From Promethearchaeota archaeon (GTDB taxonomy: Archaea; Asgardarchaeota; Thorarchaeia; Thorarchaeales; Thorarchaeaceae): DNA of 5,333 bases. Location of the stretch: positions 1 through 5,333 of the forward strand of contig JALVPN010000204.1 of assembly GCA_027031765.1 (NCBI GenBank), read 5' to 3'. Shown in pieces: positions 4,997 to 5,333 of the stretch (positions are counted from its first letter, which is position 1; the number at the start of each line of letters is the position of its first letter). Made by a program: the position numbers and the translations under genes. The notes under the pieces are model-generated. The model was not told where the DNA came from. It ran no database searches and saw nothing but the letters and a program-made list of their open reading frames with translations.

Positions 4997-5333
4997 ATGG
5001 TGCCGACGGTGATCGCGTTGTCAGAGGAGCGCGGAGAAGACGGACTGACTCTTGTTGCGGGTGACACACGCACCAAGGACATTGCGTTTGGGGTCGTGCT
5101 CGCAGCACTCTGTGGAGTGGCTGGCATGGTGCCGTTCAGCCTCTTCATTGGTGCAGGAGGTGCTGCGACCGCAAACATCACTCTGGTACTGTTGCTGGCA
5201 CCGCTCTTCGGTGTACTGCTCGGCCCCTACAGGGGCTTTGTGTTCGGCCTCATTGGCGGCGTTGTGAATGCAGCTGTCGGTGTGGCGGTCAGCAATGTGG
5301 CCATGCAGTTGCCTACAGTTGTCCTTGGGCCCG
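4997..5333 (+). CDS. ECF transporter S component (substrate unknown); 3'-truncated, absent from the supplied ORF track
   Basis: Frame +2 is open to the window end: MVPTVIALSEERGEDGLTLVAGDTRTKDIAFGVVLAALCGVAGMVPFSLFIGAGGAATANITLVLLLAPLFGVLLGPYRGFVFGLIGGVVNAAVGVAVSNVAMQLPTVVLGP. The TKDIA..vvlAAL first helix and the G.LLGP..G...GLIGG motif are typical of S components. Alternative starts are GTG 5009 and TTG 5018, the latter with GGTGAT at 5008-5013 as SD. Confidence 0.75.
   Translation, partial: MVPTVIALSEERGEDGLTLVAGDTRTKDIAFGVVLAALCGVAGMVPFSLFIGAGGAATANITLVLLLAPLFGVLLGPYRGFVFGLIGGVVNAAVGVAVSNVAMQLPTVVLGP

Noticed and set aside
4810-5267. Track ORFs 4810-5181 (-), 4773-4958 (+) and 5052-5267 (+)
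   Set aside because: They conflict with, or are out of frame with, the much more protein-like ECF S-component frame (+2 from 4997), or they span promoter DNA.

Overview
A GC-rich (roughly 60% by eye), most likely archaeal window. BRE/TATA-like promoter boxes, GGTGA/GGAGG ribosome-binding sites and an Aeropyrum-type FAD dehydrogenase point to Archaea. An Asgard (Thorarchaeia-like) origin is only a guess. Gene content: (1) two tandem, colinear paralogous QW-motif (prenyltransferase/squalene-cyclase repeat) alpha-barrel genes on +, the first truncated by the window edge and the second starting 1 nt after the first stop; (2) convergent with them, a DAO-family FAD oxidoreductase resembling homodimeric dye-linked L-proline dehydrogenase; (3) a fetA/fetB-like ABC pair on -; (4) a divergent, 3'-truncated ECF transporter S-component gene. 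The most unusual points are the uncharacterised single-barrel terpene-cyclase/prenyltransferase-like pair, a 25-aa basic insertion in the first paralog bounded by an 8-bp direct repeat, a perfect 20-bp direct repeat with a 55-bp period in the convergent intergenic gap, and short motifs (GACAG, TGTC-N2-GACAG, GGCCAGACA, CCACCG) shared among the three intergenic regions. No rRNA, tRNA, transposase, integrase or cas gene is visible.
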